Assembly: GCA_964498285.1 (NCBI GenBank)
Contig: CAZCGN010000001.1
Location: 339,033 to 403,032, forward strand
DNA from: an uncultured Methanosarcinales archaeon
GTDB taxonomy: Archaea; Nanobdellota; Nanobdellia; Woesearchaeales; GW2011-AR9
Reading direction: 5' to 3'
Length of the DNA stretch: 64,000 bases
Under the pieces are notes generated by a model. That model saw nothing but the letters and a program-made list of their open reading frames with translations. It was not told the origin of the DNA and searched no databases. Positions 8,899 to 18,579 of this stretch are shown in pieces. A program made the position numbers and the translations under genes. How positions within the stretch are numbered: the stretch's first letter is position 1; each line of letters begins with the position of its first letter.

Positions 8899-10287
8899 TT
8901 ACTCCATGAACTTCTTTAATGCAGGATGCATGTCCATCATGTGTTGTTTTGCAATTTCTTCATACAACTTGTAGACAATCATAACTGCAAGTAAAATTCC
9001 CGTTCCTTGGGATAACGCTCCTGTTAAATCTGCAAGCGCACCTAATAGGCCTACTGCTGCACCACCCACAATTGTAAGGGCCCAAATGTACCGAGATAAA
9101 ATTCTTTCAAGCACTCTTTCATCACGTCTAAAACCTGGTATCTGCAAGCCTGATGCCATAATTTGTTTTGCTTGGCTCGCGGCATCCATGTTTGCTGTCT
9201 GCATCCAAAAGATACTAAATACAACTGAACCTACTACAAAAAGAGAAGTATAACTTAACGCTTGCACCGCATTAACCCATGTAAACGAATTTGTAATAAG
9301 CAAACGAACAACGTCCGGCGGTGTTACCCAAAAGACAATCCCCGAAACAGGCGTTGATCCTGAAAACGTTCCGAAAATGGGGTGTCCCCACTTCTCAAAT
9401 AAGGTTGCAACCAACTGCACGTTTGCAAGTAAAGCTGCAACTAAAATAACTGGAATGTTTGATGTATAAAAAAAGTTGAGTGGCCATCGCATACTATACC
9501 CCCGAACTCGGCCAAATGAAAGAGGAATCTCCACTTTCATTGCCTGGCCATAGACACACACTGCAAAGACAACTACCGTTGAGACTAACCCAGCTAGCAT
9601 TAACATTGCTGTTGTCACATCTCCAATTGAAAGTGATTGAAACAGCGCAGGGATCGCACCAGCCGCAATCTCAGGATTTGTCGGAGATGGTAAAAAGTTA
9701 AGCGCACGAATAAATATTTGTTGTGATACTCCAGCTGCAATAAACAAACTTATACCGGAACCAAATCCCCATTTACTAATAACCTCATCCATAAACATGA
9801 TAAGTATTCCACCAAGAATTAGCTGGAAAATAAGTATCAGTTCCAACTGAAAGAAAAGTGATGTTCCTGCGTACGCAGCAGAAGGTGCTAAACCCCCCAT
9901 AAATACGTAGACTGCTCCTTCAAATACGATAAAAAAGATTGAAAGTAATTTCTGAATTCCCTGAAACCGTTGTCTTCCTTGCGGTGTTGTCGTATCAATA
10001 TTTAAAATCCCAGTACCAGATAACAGTTGCAGTACAATTGATGCTGTTACTATAGGTCCAATACCTAATGAAAGGATACTTCCAAAGCTTGCTCCAAGAA
10101 TAATTGAAAGAAACTCAAACTGTTGAAGTGCGTTTTCACCTAAACCAAATAAGGGGATATATCCCATAATAAAGAAGATAAGTAAAATTATTGCTGTCCA
10201 TTTGAGCTTTTCTTTAAATGGAAGCTTCTTGTGAAGAGGGCCTTTCACTTCCGGAAAGAGTCCAATGAGCGTATCAAGAAATGACAT
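8899..10287 (-). CDS. secY: Preprotein translocase subunit SecY
   Basis: 10-TM SecY/Sec61-alpha sequence in the conserved position after uL15. Confidence 0.95.
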   Translation of the reverse strand: MSFLDTLIGLFPEVKGPLHKKLPFKEKLKWTAIILLIFFIMGYIPLFGLGENALQQFEFLSIILGASFGSILSLGIGPIVTASIVLQLLSGTGILNIDTTTPQGRQRFQGIQKLLSIFFIVFEGAVYVFMGGLAPSAAYAGTSLFFQLELILIFQLILGGILIMFMDEVISKWGFGSGISLFIAAGVSQQIFIRALNFLPSPTNPEIAAGAIPALFQSLSIGDVTTAMLMLAGLVSTVVVFAVCVYGQAMKVEIPLSFGRVRGYSMRWPLNFFYTSNIPVILVAALLANVQLVATLFEKWGHPIFGTFSGSTPVSGIVFWVTPPDVVRLLITNSFTWVNAVQALSYTSLFVVGSVVFSIFWMQTANMDAASQAKQIMASGLQIPGFRRDERVLERILSRYIWALTIVGGAAVGLLGALADLTGALSQGTGILLAVMIVYKLYEEIAKQHMMDMHPALKKFME

Positions 10288-10333
10288 TGTTTTTGATTAT
10301 TTCCATCCTTTGCTAGCAATAAAAAAGCAAAAA

Positions 10334-10789
10334 TTATGCCTGAGCTGCAGCCTGAGTAGTAACTATACTGCCCCCAGCTTTTTTAATCTTTTCTTCTGCC
10401 TTAGCAGTACACACAGCAGAACTAAAGGCGATTTTAGCATGAACCGAGCCAGTTCCAAGTAACTTTCCAAAGCCAAGCTTCTTCAAGTCAACCGCATACA
10501 TCTCACCTTGCTTTGTTACAGATCCCGCCATAACTAATGCATCAAGCTTAGATACTGTAAAGTAAGATACATTAACTGCCCGACCAATATTATTGCGTGA
10601 ATGAGATGTAAACCCGTGACTTCCTAGTTTACGAGAACTTCCTGCAACTTTATGGCTTGCCCTTTTACCAGAACCAGCATTCCCACGACCGCCGCGACTT
10701 CCAGCTCCCCTCCGCTTTTTCCTATGTCCACCGCCAGAGCTTACGTGTGCTCTGAGTTTGTGTACTTTTCGTGTTTTGTTCGTTACCAT
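10334..10789 (-). CDS. rpl15: Ribosomal protein uL15
   Basis: GGGHRKKRRGAGSRGGRGNAGSGKR motif and cluster position. Confidence 0.9.
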   Translation of the reverse strand: MVTNKTRKVHKLRAHVSSGGGHRKKRRGAGSRGGRGNAGSGKRASHKVAGSSRKLGSHGFTSHSRNNIGRAVNVSYFTVSKLDALVMAGSVTKQGEMYAVDLKKLGFGKLLGTGSVHAKIAFSSAVCTAKAEEKIKKAGGSIVTTQAAAQA

Positions 10790-10797
10790 TTTATTAT

Positions 10798-11283
10798 TTA
10801 GATCATTCGTTTAACTAAATCATCCATAGCGTTGCTACGATTGCCTAACGCTCCACCAAGTTTGAACGGAGTTTTGATACCTTTCCTACCAAACCCTTTT
10901 TTTGGAGGATTAAGAGCAAATGTCTTGTGATATTTCTTCCCGTTAAACTCAAAGAAACCCTTGTACGTATACTTTTTTTTACTATCCTGAGTTCGTCCAA
11001 GAAATTCATTACCTCGCATTTTTACTAATTCAGAAAATGTCGCTTCACTAATTTCGCCCCATGTAACAAAGTCTTTTACTTTTTGAAGCATTCCTTTTGT
11101 GATAGGAGTTGATTCTAAAACTACACAATTATTTTTACGTGTAAGTCTCATTAAACGAAGAGTCTCTTTAACTTCATGACTTAGACCAACCATTCCACGT
11201 ACAAGTACAATGGCAAGTTTTGAAGAGCTTGCTTTCGCTGGAGCTTTCTTCTCTACTACTTTTGGTGTTGTTTCTTGAGTCAT
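10798..11283 (-). CDS. rpl30: Ribosomal protein uL30
   Basis: LAIVLVRGMVGLSHEVKETLRLMRLTRKNNCVV and cluster position. Confidence 0.9.
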   Translation of the reverse strand: MTQETTPKVVEKKAPAKASSSKLAIVLVRGMVGLSHEVKETLRLMRLTRKNNCVVLESTPITKGMLQKVKDFVTWGEISEATFSELVKMRGNEFLGRTQDSKKKYTYKGFFEFNGKKYHKTFALNPPKKGFGRKGIKTPFKLGGALGNRSNAMDDLVKRMI

Positions 11284-11285
11284 TT

Positions 11286-12149
11286 TTATTCTTCTGCTTT
11301 AACTTCGGGCGTTTTTGCTGCTTCACTCGCCACTTCAGCCACTTTTTCTTCAGTTTTAACCGGTTTTGCAACCTCATCTTCAGGTGATGTTGGAACTTTT
11401 CCATCTTGTACACCAAGTGTAGCCACGTGATGCGGTTGAATTTTTACTTCGCTTAATTTTTTGAGGGCATCGACGCACGCTTTGATAAGATTAACTTTTG
11501 TTTTAGTTTGACCATGTGTTTTGGACCAAATATCTTGAATTCCTGCAGCTTGAAGGATTTTTGCACATTCTTTTTCGACACAAAGGCCTGTCCCTTCAGG
11601 TGCCGGGATAAGTGTAATAATGGATGAGCCGCACTTCCCAGTTACTGCGAATGGAATTGAATTGGGATTCGGTGTTCCTTCCCATGATCCACATCCACGT
11701 CGAATTTTCATAATTGAAAGTTTCGCTCTTCGTTGTGATTTATCACGTGCGGGAACAGTTTCTTTACTTTTTCCAAAACCTACACCAACATATCCGTTAC
11801 CGTTACCCACAAGTGCGCAGGTTGCAAACTGGATTCTGTTACCTTCCCTTGTTTTCTTTTGAGTTTGTCTAAAAATACGTCGCTGTCCACCACCAAACTT
11901 ACCTTTAGCCTGCCCAATAAGAAGTAAGTCCGTTTTCAAGTTAGGAAGAAGAACATCTACAATTTCTGGTTCCATGATGCGCTTACCTGAAGCAAAGATA
12001 GCATCAATGTCAGTTATTTCGCCTGCTTTTACACTGCGGCCTAACTCAGTTAATGGTTTCCAAGTTTCCATTACGTTCGGTTTTTCAATTTCACGTCTTG
12101 GTTGCCTTCTTTTATTTCGCTTCCCGCGTCTTTGTTTTTGTGGTGCCAT
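11286..12149 (-). CDS. rps5: Ribosomal protein uS5 with acidic/Lys C-terminal tail
   Basis: uS5 dsRBD and C-terminal domains (FATCALVGNGNGYVGVGFGKSKE) and cluster position. Confidence 0.9.
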   Translation of the reverse strand: MAPQKQRRGKRNKRRQPRREIEKPNVMETWKPLTELGRSVKAGEITDIDAIFASGKRIMEPEIVDVLLPNLKTDLLLIGQAKGKFGGGQRRIFRQTQKKTREGNRIQFATCALVGNGNGYVGVGFGKSKETVPARDKSQRRAKLSIMKIRRGCGSWEGTPNPNSIPFAVTGKCGSSIITLIPAPEGTGLCVEKECAKILQAAGIQDIWSKTHGQTKTKVNLIKACVDALKKLSEVKIQPHHVATLGVQDGKVPTSPEDEVAKPVKTEEKVAEVASEAAKTPEVKAEE

Positions 12150-12168
12150 TATAGTATGTCTCGTAATA

Positions 12169-12747
12169 TCATATTGCTGCTTTTACTTTCTCAAAGCTTT
12201 TGGTTATTTGTTTTGGATCTGCGCCCTTTTTTAAACTTGCTGAAAACTTTGCGGAGTATTCTTCTTTGCTTTTTGTTTCAAGCTTTTGTGCATACTCTTC
12301 AATATCTTTTCCATGCATTCTTTCTTCTGTTGCAAAAATTTCTTCAGAACCATGCATAACGTTTAGTCCACCATCAAGCGCTCCTTTAAGGAAAGAGTAT
12401 ACTCTTCCACCTTTTCGTGGCGTTCTAAATCCAGTATCAAATACCACCTTACCATCCACCTTGCCAGCTGCCGCTTTTGCAAGAGCAAACCCTGTAAGGT
12501 ATGCTGCAGGATGGTTTTTAAGTGAAAAGTTCCATCCTTTCTTTATCAAGAGTGATGAGTCTAGTCCAACAAGTACACTATCTCCCGTTACATCAAAGGT
12601 AATTATTTGCCCAATAACTTTTGTATTGGTAAACCTAGCAACAAGCCGTGGCTTTCCTCCTAAAAGAGTTGTAAGCCGTTTTTTGTAGTTGGTTCTTCCT
12701 TCACGTTTACGTTTGTAAAGTACAGGTTTTGCTTTTCTTCGTGCCAT
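12169..12747 (-). CDS. rpl18: Ribosomal protein uL18
   Basis: KRKREGRTNYKKRLTTLL N-terminus and cluster position. Confidence 0.9.
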   Translation of the reverse strand: MARRKAKPVLYKRKREGRTNYKKRLTTLLGGKPRLVARFTNTKVIGQIITFDVTGDSVLVGLDSSLLIKKGWNFSLKNHPAAYLTGFALAKAAAGKVDGKVVFDTGFRTPRKGGRVYSFLKGALDGGLNVMHGSEEIFATEERMHGKDIEEYAQKLETKSKEEYSAKFSASLKKGADPKQITKSFEKVKAAI

Positions 12748-12759
12748 TCTGTTTGAATC

Positions 12760-13227
12760 TTATTTTTTTGCTTTTTGCGCAGGCGCCGCCTGAAACAAAT
12801 TATGTTCTGTTAAGTAGAGTTTAATGTGACGTCTGTTCCTAAAGTATCCACCTTTGCTTTTTGCATACATTTTTCGATAATCTTTTGGAAGTAAAAGACC
12901 TTTCTCTCGTAATTCGCGAAGAAGTTTTCTTTGTGTCCGAATTTTAATCATCCATTTTTCCTTTTTAGGAACTACTGAATGTTTAGATCCTTTTTTTGAT
13001 CCACGCCCCTTCTGTCTTCCTTTACGTTTCTGATCTGCATTTTTACGAGCACGAACTTTAGATTGATGATTAGATTTGTTTTTAGTTATTTTTCCAATAG
13101 CAATAAGCCCTCGAATATCTGAACGAGTGATCGCTTTTTTGATCTCTTCAAGCGCATCCGCAGCAAACTTCACTTTTTTGGGTGAAGTTTTAAGCATTCT
13201 TCCTGCAAGTTGTTTTTTTGCTCTCAT
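12760..13227 (-). CDS. rpl19e: Ribosomal protein eL19
   Basis: KKQLAGRMLKTSPKKVKF and a basic helical C-terminus. 4-nt overlap with rpl32e. Confidence 0.9.
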   Translation of the reverse strand: MRAKKQLAGRMLKTSPKKVKFAADALEEIKKAITRSDIRGLIAIGKITKNKSNHQSKVRARKNADQKRKGRQKGRGSKKGSKHSVVPKKEKWMIKIRTQRKLLRELREKGLLLPKDYRKMYAKSKGGYFRNRRHIKLYLTEHNLFQAAPAQKAKK

Positions 13228-13889
13228 TCTGTCTTCCCTATAGTTTGAGTGGTAGCTTCAGGTTTTGTTTCTGAAACTATACTTTTTTCTTCTACCTTAC
13301 TCTCTTTCTTAGTATCTTGTTTAGTTTCTTGCTTTTTCTCATCAACTTTTTTGTCAGCTTTAGCAAGATCATTCTTCTTATCCTTTTTAGCTTCCTTTTC
13401 AGTCTCTTTTTTAGCCTTCTTTTGTTTGCTACGTATTCTTTCAAGTCGCTTCTTTTTACGCGCTGCAAAATCTTGAGTAATCTTTTCAGCAGCTTTTGTT
13501 ACATCTTTAACATTAAGTAAGGATAATTTGGCATCAGACACAGCCTTAAGCACTTCAAGACGTTTCTTATTTCCTAGTGTTCGGGAGATAACAACTCCAT
13601 GCACCTTTGGATCAAGACCAGCGATATCTTCAATGCGAGCAACAACAACTTCTTGTAAGCCAGACCTGTGTAACCCACGAACGCTTGCGGGCGAGCCAAA
13701 TCCTGGCTGTGGCATTTGTGGCCGTCCTTTATGCATTTGGCGTACTTTTGAGTGTTTTCCACGAGGTAATCTCCATCGCTTCTTCACACCTGAAGAAAAT
13801 TTTGACTCCTTTACAATAAAAGTGTACTTTTTCCTCTTAGCAGCATTCCTAAGAGCCAGTGCATTAGTTGTATTTGCCATTTTTTTCAA
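13224..13889 (-). CDS. rpl32e: Ribosomal protein eL32 with ~80-aa K/E-rich C-terminal tail
   Basis: KRWRLPRGKHSKVRQMHKGRPQMPQPGFGSPASVRGLHRSG matches the eL32 core. Confidence 0.9.
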   Translation of the reverse strand: MKKMANTTNALALRNAAKRKKYTFIVKESKFSSGVKKRWRLPRGKHSKVRQMHKGRPQMPQPGFGSPASVRGLHRSGLQEVVVARIEDIAGLDPKVHGVVISRTLGNKKRLEVLKAVSDAKLSLLNVKDVTKAAEKITQDFAARKKKRLERIRSKQKKAKKETEKEAKKDKKNDLAKADKKVDEKKQETKQDTKKESKVEEKSIVSETKPEATTQTIGKTE

Positions 13890-13891
13890 TA

Positions 13892-14425
13892 TTATTTTGC
13901 TTTATGAGTTATATAAATTCCATCCTGGAAGATTCTTCGATCACGGTTGGTAATCGCGCACAACTTTTCAATTTTTCCAGCAGTTTGCCCTGCAAGTTCT
14001 TTACTCACAGAACTCACTTCAATTTCTGCACCATTAATTTTGACTGCAACTTTTGCTGAAAAATCTACTTTTCGAGGGTGTTTTTCTCCAAGAAAGTTTT
14101 TCACAGCAATACTATTTCCTGAAACTGAAACATTCATAGGAAAGTGACCTGAACAAATTTTCAGTTTGTAGATGAAATTTTCTTGGGCGCCCTTAATCAT
14201 ATTTTTAATATGTGATTCGTATGTTCCAATCATTCTTTTTTCACGCTTCGTTGCCTTTTCAACATGTAACACAATTGAACCTTCCTTGCTTGAAACTTTG
14301 ATTGCCGGATATGAAAATTCTCGTTCATCTTCTCCTTTAGGTCCTTTTATAGCAAGAACTCTTCCTTGCAGTGCTACAGTAACTTCACTTGGTACAGGAA
14401 TCGTTTTGGTAATTGTCTCTTTCAT
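13892..14425 (-). CDS. rpl6: Ribosomal protein uL6
   Basis: IPVPSEVTVALQGRVLAIKGPKGE and cluster position. Confidence 0.9.
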   Translation of the reverse strand: MKETITKTIPVPSEVTVALQGRVLAIKGPKGEDEREFSYPAIKVSSKEGSIVLHVEKATKREKRMIGTYESHIKNMIKGAQENFIYKLKICSGHFPMNVSVSGNSIAVKNFLGEKHPRKVDFSAKVAVKINGAEIEVSSVSKELAGQTAGKIEKLCAITNRDRRIFQDGIYITHKAK

Positions 14426-14437
14426 GTTTAAGTATCT

Positions 14438-14827
14438 CTAGTAGCAGTACGCAAGGAGTTTTCCACCAACTCCATTCTTCTTAGCCTCAGTATGAGTCAT
14501 AACACCAAGGGAAGTTGAAACAATGATTATTCCAAAGTCTCGTGCGGGAAGATATCGCTTCTCCCATTTTGTAAATGTTGAGTGAGACGTTGAAAACCGG
14601 GGTTTGATAACGTTACATTTGTTAACATTTCCAAGCAAGTTTACTTTGAAACTTCTTCCACTATCATCGCTAATCTCTTCATATGAGCCAATATAATTGT
14701 GATCATTCATAATTTGTAAGACTGTTCGAATCATTTTAGAGACTGGGCGAATAACTACTTCTTTCTTTCCAACTTTCTCAGCATTGTTGATCTTGGACAA
14801 TGTTGCTGCTAATGGGTCGTTTAACAT
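14438..14827 (-). CDS. rps8: Ribosomal protein uS8
   Basis: MLNDPLAATLSKINNAEKVGKKEV ... GGKLLAYCY. Confidence 0.9.
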   Translation of the reverse strand: MLNDPLAATLSKINNAEKVGKKEVVIRPVSKMIRTVLQIMNDHNYIGSYEEISDDSGRSFKVNLLGNVNKCNVIKPRFSTSHSTFTKWEKRYLPARDFGIIIVSTSLGVMTHTEAKKNGVGGKLLAYCY

Positions 14828-14858
14828 GTTTCCTTTCTCCGCTATTTCTTCTTAATTA

Positions 14859-15119
14859 TTAATTGTATTTTTTGAATCCTAAATCTTTTGCCATCTCTCG
14901 AAATGATTGACGGCAAATATCTAAACCATACTTTCGAATAACTCCACGGTTTCTTCCAGTTACCTTGCATTTCACAAGTGCTTTACCACAAGATCGTTTC
15001 TTAGGACTATTATGCTTAATGTACTTTGCTTTTTTTACAGGCTTTTTGTTAAGCTGTGTGAACATCTTTTTCCAATCGCTTGTTGTCATGCTAAAAAACC
15101 TCCGGTTTTTTGCATGCAA
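14859..15119 (-). CDS. rps14: Ribosomal protein uS14 (start may be the internal Met at 15089)
   Basis: C-terminus RGVIRKYGLDICRQSFREMAKDLGFKKYN and cluster position between uL5 and uS8. Confidence 0.85.
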   Translation of the reverse strand: MHAKNRRFFSMTTSDWKKMFTQLNKKPVKKAKYIKHNSPKKRSCGKALVKCKVTGRNRGVIRKYGLDICRQSFREMAKDLGFKKYN

Positions 15120-15173
15120 ATAATATTTTCTTTATTATTTTGCATTTTCGTGATTTCCTCTATCTATACCTTC

Positions 15174-15752
15174 TTACTCAACAGTTACTCCAAGTGTTTC
15201 TTGCACAAACTTGATTGCATCATCTTTTGTGATGAGATGTGTTTTACCAACCTTTTTTGCATTTATGTTTCGTTTTTTAAGTCTGAATCCTGCTCTTTCA
15301 AGTGTTACTGCAGCTTCTAAACCCATTATCTTTAATTCAGGATCGTATTCAAGACCAGGAATATCAATATATTCTGGTACTCCAAATGAAAAATTGCCCT
15401 GTGCATCAAAACTTTTCTTCGAAAGAGTATTATTTCGTGCGGCAAGAAGTTTTAACAGAACTTCCTTCGCTCCTTTTCGAACGGTAGATTTAGCACCAAT
15501 AGCAAGACCAGGCCTAAGTGCCCAACCTGGGATTCGCTTTTGAGTTTTAGTATGAATCGGTTTTACAGAGGATATCTTTGCAAGCAGTTTCACTGCCCGT
15601 TTAAGCATCTCTTCACTTTTTCCAGCACCGATGTTAAGGGTGATTTTTGCAACTTTGATTTGCTTCATAGGATTTTGCGTGGTTTTTCCAGCAGCACTTT
15701 TAGCGTTTTTCTCTGCAGGTCCTTTTTCAGTTGTGTTTGTTTTTTCGGTCAT
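15174..15752 (-). CDS. rpl5: Ribosomal protein uL5 with N-terminal extension
   Basis: MKQIKVAKITLNIGAGKS and cluster position. Confidence 0.9.
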   Translation of the reverse strand: MTEKTNTTEKGPAEKNAKSAAGKTTQNPMKQIKVAKITLNIGAGKSEEMLKRAVKLLAKISSVKPIHTKTQKRIPGWALRPGLAIGAKSTVRKGAKEVLLKLLAARNNTLSKKSFDAQGNFSFGVPEYIDIPGLEYDPELKIMGLEAAVTLERAGFRLKKRNINAKKVGKTHLITKDDAIKFVQETLGVTVE

Positions 15753-15768
15753 TTGTTTCTATTCTTCT

Positions 15769-16428
15769 TTATTGCACCACAAAAAGGTATCTTCGTGCGG
15801 TTTCAATACTTGTTCCATCTTCAAGCTCATATCGTGCACTTTTCAGGTCTAGTTCCTTAAGAGTACCTGAGGTGCCCGCATGTTTTCCATGAGTTAAAAA
15901 AATCTTTGCGCCAACTTTAAGTGGAAGTACCTTTTGAATTTCATGTTGAGGGAGAGTAATTACAACACTGTCACCCACCTTTACATCTTTTTTTGTAAGA
16001 ATGTTCTTACCATCATACAAGTTAAGCTGAATTTTTCCGCCCTTAAGTACCGTTTTTCCAATTACTCGACATACTTTCATGGAAGCTACTTTCGCATCGA
16101 TCTCAGTAACAATTAACCTTCCTTTGGAATCTAACCCAACTTGGAACTGTTTACTAATTTTAGGAATGCCAATAATATCAAATAAGCCTACAAGAGTTCG
16201 CCGATCTTTTTTACGTTTTCCATCAACTAAAACTTCGTTTGCATGAAGCATTTTCTGTACTTCATTCATAGTTCGAGTAAGATGTAAATGATCACGCAAA
16301 ACTGAACCTAGTGCAAGGCCCATTTCAAAACCATGTCCCCCTGGAAATGGCCTAAGAGTAAATGTTGCACTTTTCCGTGCAAGTTGCCAAGTTCGTGGCG
16401 CTGCGATTCGTTTTAAATGGTTTTTCAT
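15769..16428 (-). CDS. rps4e: Ribosomal protein eS4
   Basis: HLKRIAAPRTWQLARKSATFTLRPFPGGH. 4-nt overlap with rpl24. Confidence 0.9.
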   Translation of the reverse strand: MKNHLKRIAAPRTWQLARKSATFTLRPFPGGHGFEMGLALGSVLRDHLHLTRTMNEVQKMLHANEVLVDGKRKKDRRTLVGLFDIIGIPKISKQFQVGLDSKGRLIVTEIDAKVASMKVCRVIGKTVLKGGKIQLNLYDGKNILTKKDVKVGDSVVITLPQHEIQKVLPLKVGAKIFLTHGKHAGTSGTLKELDLKSARYELEDGTSIETARRYLFVVQ

Positions 16429-16895
16429 TTGGATTTCTCCACCTTTGTTTTAGGTACTGCTTTTGTAGCAACTTTAGAGTTTAATTTTTGTTTTCGTTTT
16501 TTATCTCCAAGTTCAAGTGAAATGATCTGAACATTTGAAGGATGTATTGGATAGTAATTTTTTGATCCATCACGCTTTTCTCTGTGCGCGCCTTCAATAA
16601 GTAACCGCTCACGCTTAAGGTCAACTTTTTCAACCTTGCCCTGTTTTCGCTTAAACTGTCCACGAAGGATTTTGACAGTGTCTCCCTTACGTACTTGTAC
16701 GTTTTTGACACTGTGTCGGAGCCTAAGATCTTTTGAAAGTGCAACGTGCGCGAATGTTTGTTTTTGATGCAACGCCGCAGTGTACCGAGCTTTTCGCTGC
16801 TTTCGTGGAAGAGAACTTACGCGCTTTGTTCGCGTAGCTACGCTAGGGTTCTGTACTGGTTTTTTCATGAGTTTAGCATCTGTCATTTTATACAA
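16425..16895 (-). CDS. rpl24: Ribosomal protein uL24
   Basis: KOW motif VRKGDTVKILRGQFKRKQGKVEKV and cluster position. Confidence 0.9.
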   Translation of the reverse strand: MYKMTDAKLMKKPVQNPSVATRTKRVSSLPRKQRKARYTAALHQKQTFAHVALSKDLRLRHSVKNVQVRKGDTVKILRGQFKRKQGKVEKVDLKRERLLIEGAHREKRDGSKNYYPIHPSNVQIISLELGDKKRKQKLNSKVATKAVPKTKVEKSK

Positions 16896-17289
16896 TTATT
16901 TTTGCTATTTTTGCAACAGCAGGCCATCTTTCAACAACTTCTTTTGCAATTGCTCCTTTGATAAGTGTTCCTTTTGGATTACCCTTCATATCTTTAAGCA
17001 CAATTGCAGCATTATCTTCAAAAATAACACGAGTGCCATCTGGTCTTCTGAACGGTTTTCTTTGCCGAACAATAATCGCTGGAACAACTGTTTTACGAAT
17101 ATCAAGTTTTCCTTTGATAACAGATGCAAGCACTAAATCACCAACACCTGCTTCAGGGATTCTTCCTTTTACTGTTTTATGTCCTTTTACGGAAATTATT
17201 TTAAGCATTTTCGCACCAGAGTTATCACAAGCAGGAACTCTTGCCTGATTAGGCAGTGCACGTGATATTTTTGATCTGATTGCTCTCAT
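16888..17289 (-). CDS. rpl14: Ribosomal protein uL14
   Basis: ACDNSGAKMLKIISVKG and cluster position. Confidence 0.9.
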   Translation of the reverse strand: MRAIRSKISRALPNQARVPACDNSGAKMLKIISVKGHKTVKGRIPEAGVGDLVLASVIKGKLDIRKTVVPAIIVRQRKPFRRPDGTRVIFEDNAAIVLKDMKGNPKGTLIKGAIAKEVVERWPAVAKIAKIIV

Positions 17290-17294
17290 TGTAT

Positions 17295-17657
17295 CTACTC
17301 TTTCTTTCCAGTAGTACTTTCAACATCCGCTGAGAGTACCTTAAGGATAACATGATGTTTTGTCTTACTTAGTGGCCTTGTTCTTGCAACAAGAACACGA
17401 TCGCCAACTTTAGCATCGACACTTGCAGGATTATGAACACGAATTCTGCTTTTTCGTTGTTCTTGTCGTTCATACTTTGGTACAAAAACCGCTCGCCGCC
17501 ATTCAATGGTTGCACTTCTGTGGGCATCTTTCTTTACAACTGTTCCGACAAGTGTTTCAGCCTTAACATTAGTTGCGCCGTAAAAGGGGTCCTTCTTATC
17601 GTATGTCCCTTTGTTCTCTTTTGGTGCGTTAACACCAAGCACTTGTTTTTTTACCAT
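17295..17657 (-). CDS. rps17: Ribosomal protein uS17
   Basis: OB-fold core VGDRVLVARTRPLSKTKHHVI and cluster position. Confidence 0.9.
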   Translation of the reverse strand: MVKKQVLGVNAPKENKGTYDKKDPFYGATNVKAETLVGTVVKKDAHRSATIEWRRAVFVPKYERQEQRKSRIRVHNPASVDAKVGDRVLVARTRPLSKTKHHVILKVLSADVESTTGKKE

Positions 17658-17682
17658 TTTGTCTTGTTCCTAATTTGAATTG

Positions 17683-17958
17683 TTATTGTTTTATGCGCGC
17701 TTCAGCACGTTTTTGAATTGATGCTCCTTTTATTTGAGTTGCATCATCGCCAACTGTGAATGTTACGCTCGATTTGAGCACAGTTTTGTGACCATTTAAG
17801 GTATCAACCACAAAAGTGTACTGCGTCTCATCAATAACTGTTCCTACCAACCCCACAAGTGTTTTGTTTGTGGAGCCTACAACTTCCAACTCTTTGCCAA
17901 TCAAACTTTGGGCAAGGGTTGTTGGTTGTGTCATGTTACTGTAATCAGCGTGCACCAC
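17683..17958 (-). CDS. rnp1: RNase P protein component 1 (Rpp29/Pop4)
   Basis: LIGKELEVVGSTNKTLVGLVGTVIDETQYTFVV Sm-like core, in the conserved position between SUI1/uL29 and uS17. Confidence 0.8.
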   Translation of the reverse strand: MVHADYSNMTQPTTLAQSLIGKELEVVGSTNKTLVGLVGTVIDETQYTFVVDTLNGHKTVLKSSVTFTVGDDATQIKGASIQKRAEARIKQ

Positions 17959-18259
17959 GCACGTTGATTGTTTCGGAAGGAAATCCGATTGCCACCAGGG
18001 CTTCTTTTATTCGGGCCCTGTGGTCTCCTTGGAGTTCTACCCTTCCTGCTTTGCCCGTGCCACCACAGGCAAACTTATTTTTGAGTTTTTTTGCCAAATC
18101 AGACACATCAACACCAGCATCAAAGCCAGTGACAATTGTGTATTTTTTGCCAAACTTTTTCTTCTCGATTTTAACTTCAATTTTTTGCTGCTCACGATCA
18201 ATCACGTCACAGACGCACAGATCTTGCGGCAAGCCACATTGATTACACACGCCTACCAA
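17945..18259 (-). CDS. sui1: Translation initiation factor SUI1/aIF1
   Basis: N-terminal CNQCGLPQDLCVC Zn knuckle and SUI1 core KKYTIVTGFD...LKNKFACGGTGKAGRVELQGDHR. Confidence 0.9.
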   Translation of the reverse strand: MVGVCNQCGLPQDLCVCDVIDREQQKIEVKIEKKKFGKKYTIVTGFDAGVDVSDLAKKLKNKFACGGTGKAGRVELQGDHRARIKEALVAIGFPSETINVRGAR

Positions 18260-18333
18260 CGAGGAACGCCCCCGTACGTTTGCATGAGTAATTGCGAAGT
18301 TTGAGTTTGAGTCATATGTTTTTATGTATACCT

Positions 18334-18579
18334 TTATTTTTTCATTTTTGTTGCTGCGCTTTTTTTAGCAGGCATTCGAAGCAAAACAACTTCTTTTTCA
18401 CGTTGAATAGTTTTTGCTTTAGCAATCGTACGCCGAAGTGAGCGAGCACGAGCAGGATTCTCAGCACCAGCGCCTGTTGCGCCTTTTGAACCTAACTTAA
18501 AAAGTTCTTTTTTAAACTCTTGCACACGAGATTCTAATTCTTTATCAGACAGGTCACGCAAGGCCTTAGTAGACTTCAT
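18334..18579 (-). CDS. rpl29: Ribosomal protein uL29
   Basis: LRDLSDKELESRVQEFKKELFKL. 4-nt overlap with rps3. Confidence 0.9.
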   Translation of the reverse strand: MKSTKALRDLSDKELESRVQEFKKELFKLGSKGATGAGAENPARARSLRRTIAKAKTIQREKEVVLLRMPAKKSAATKMKK

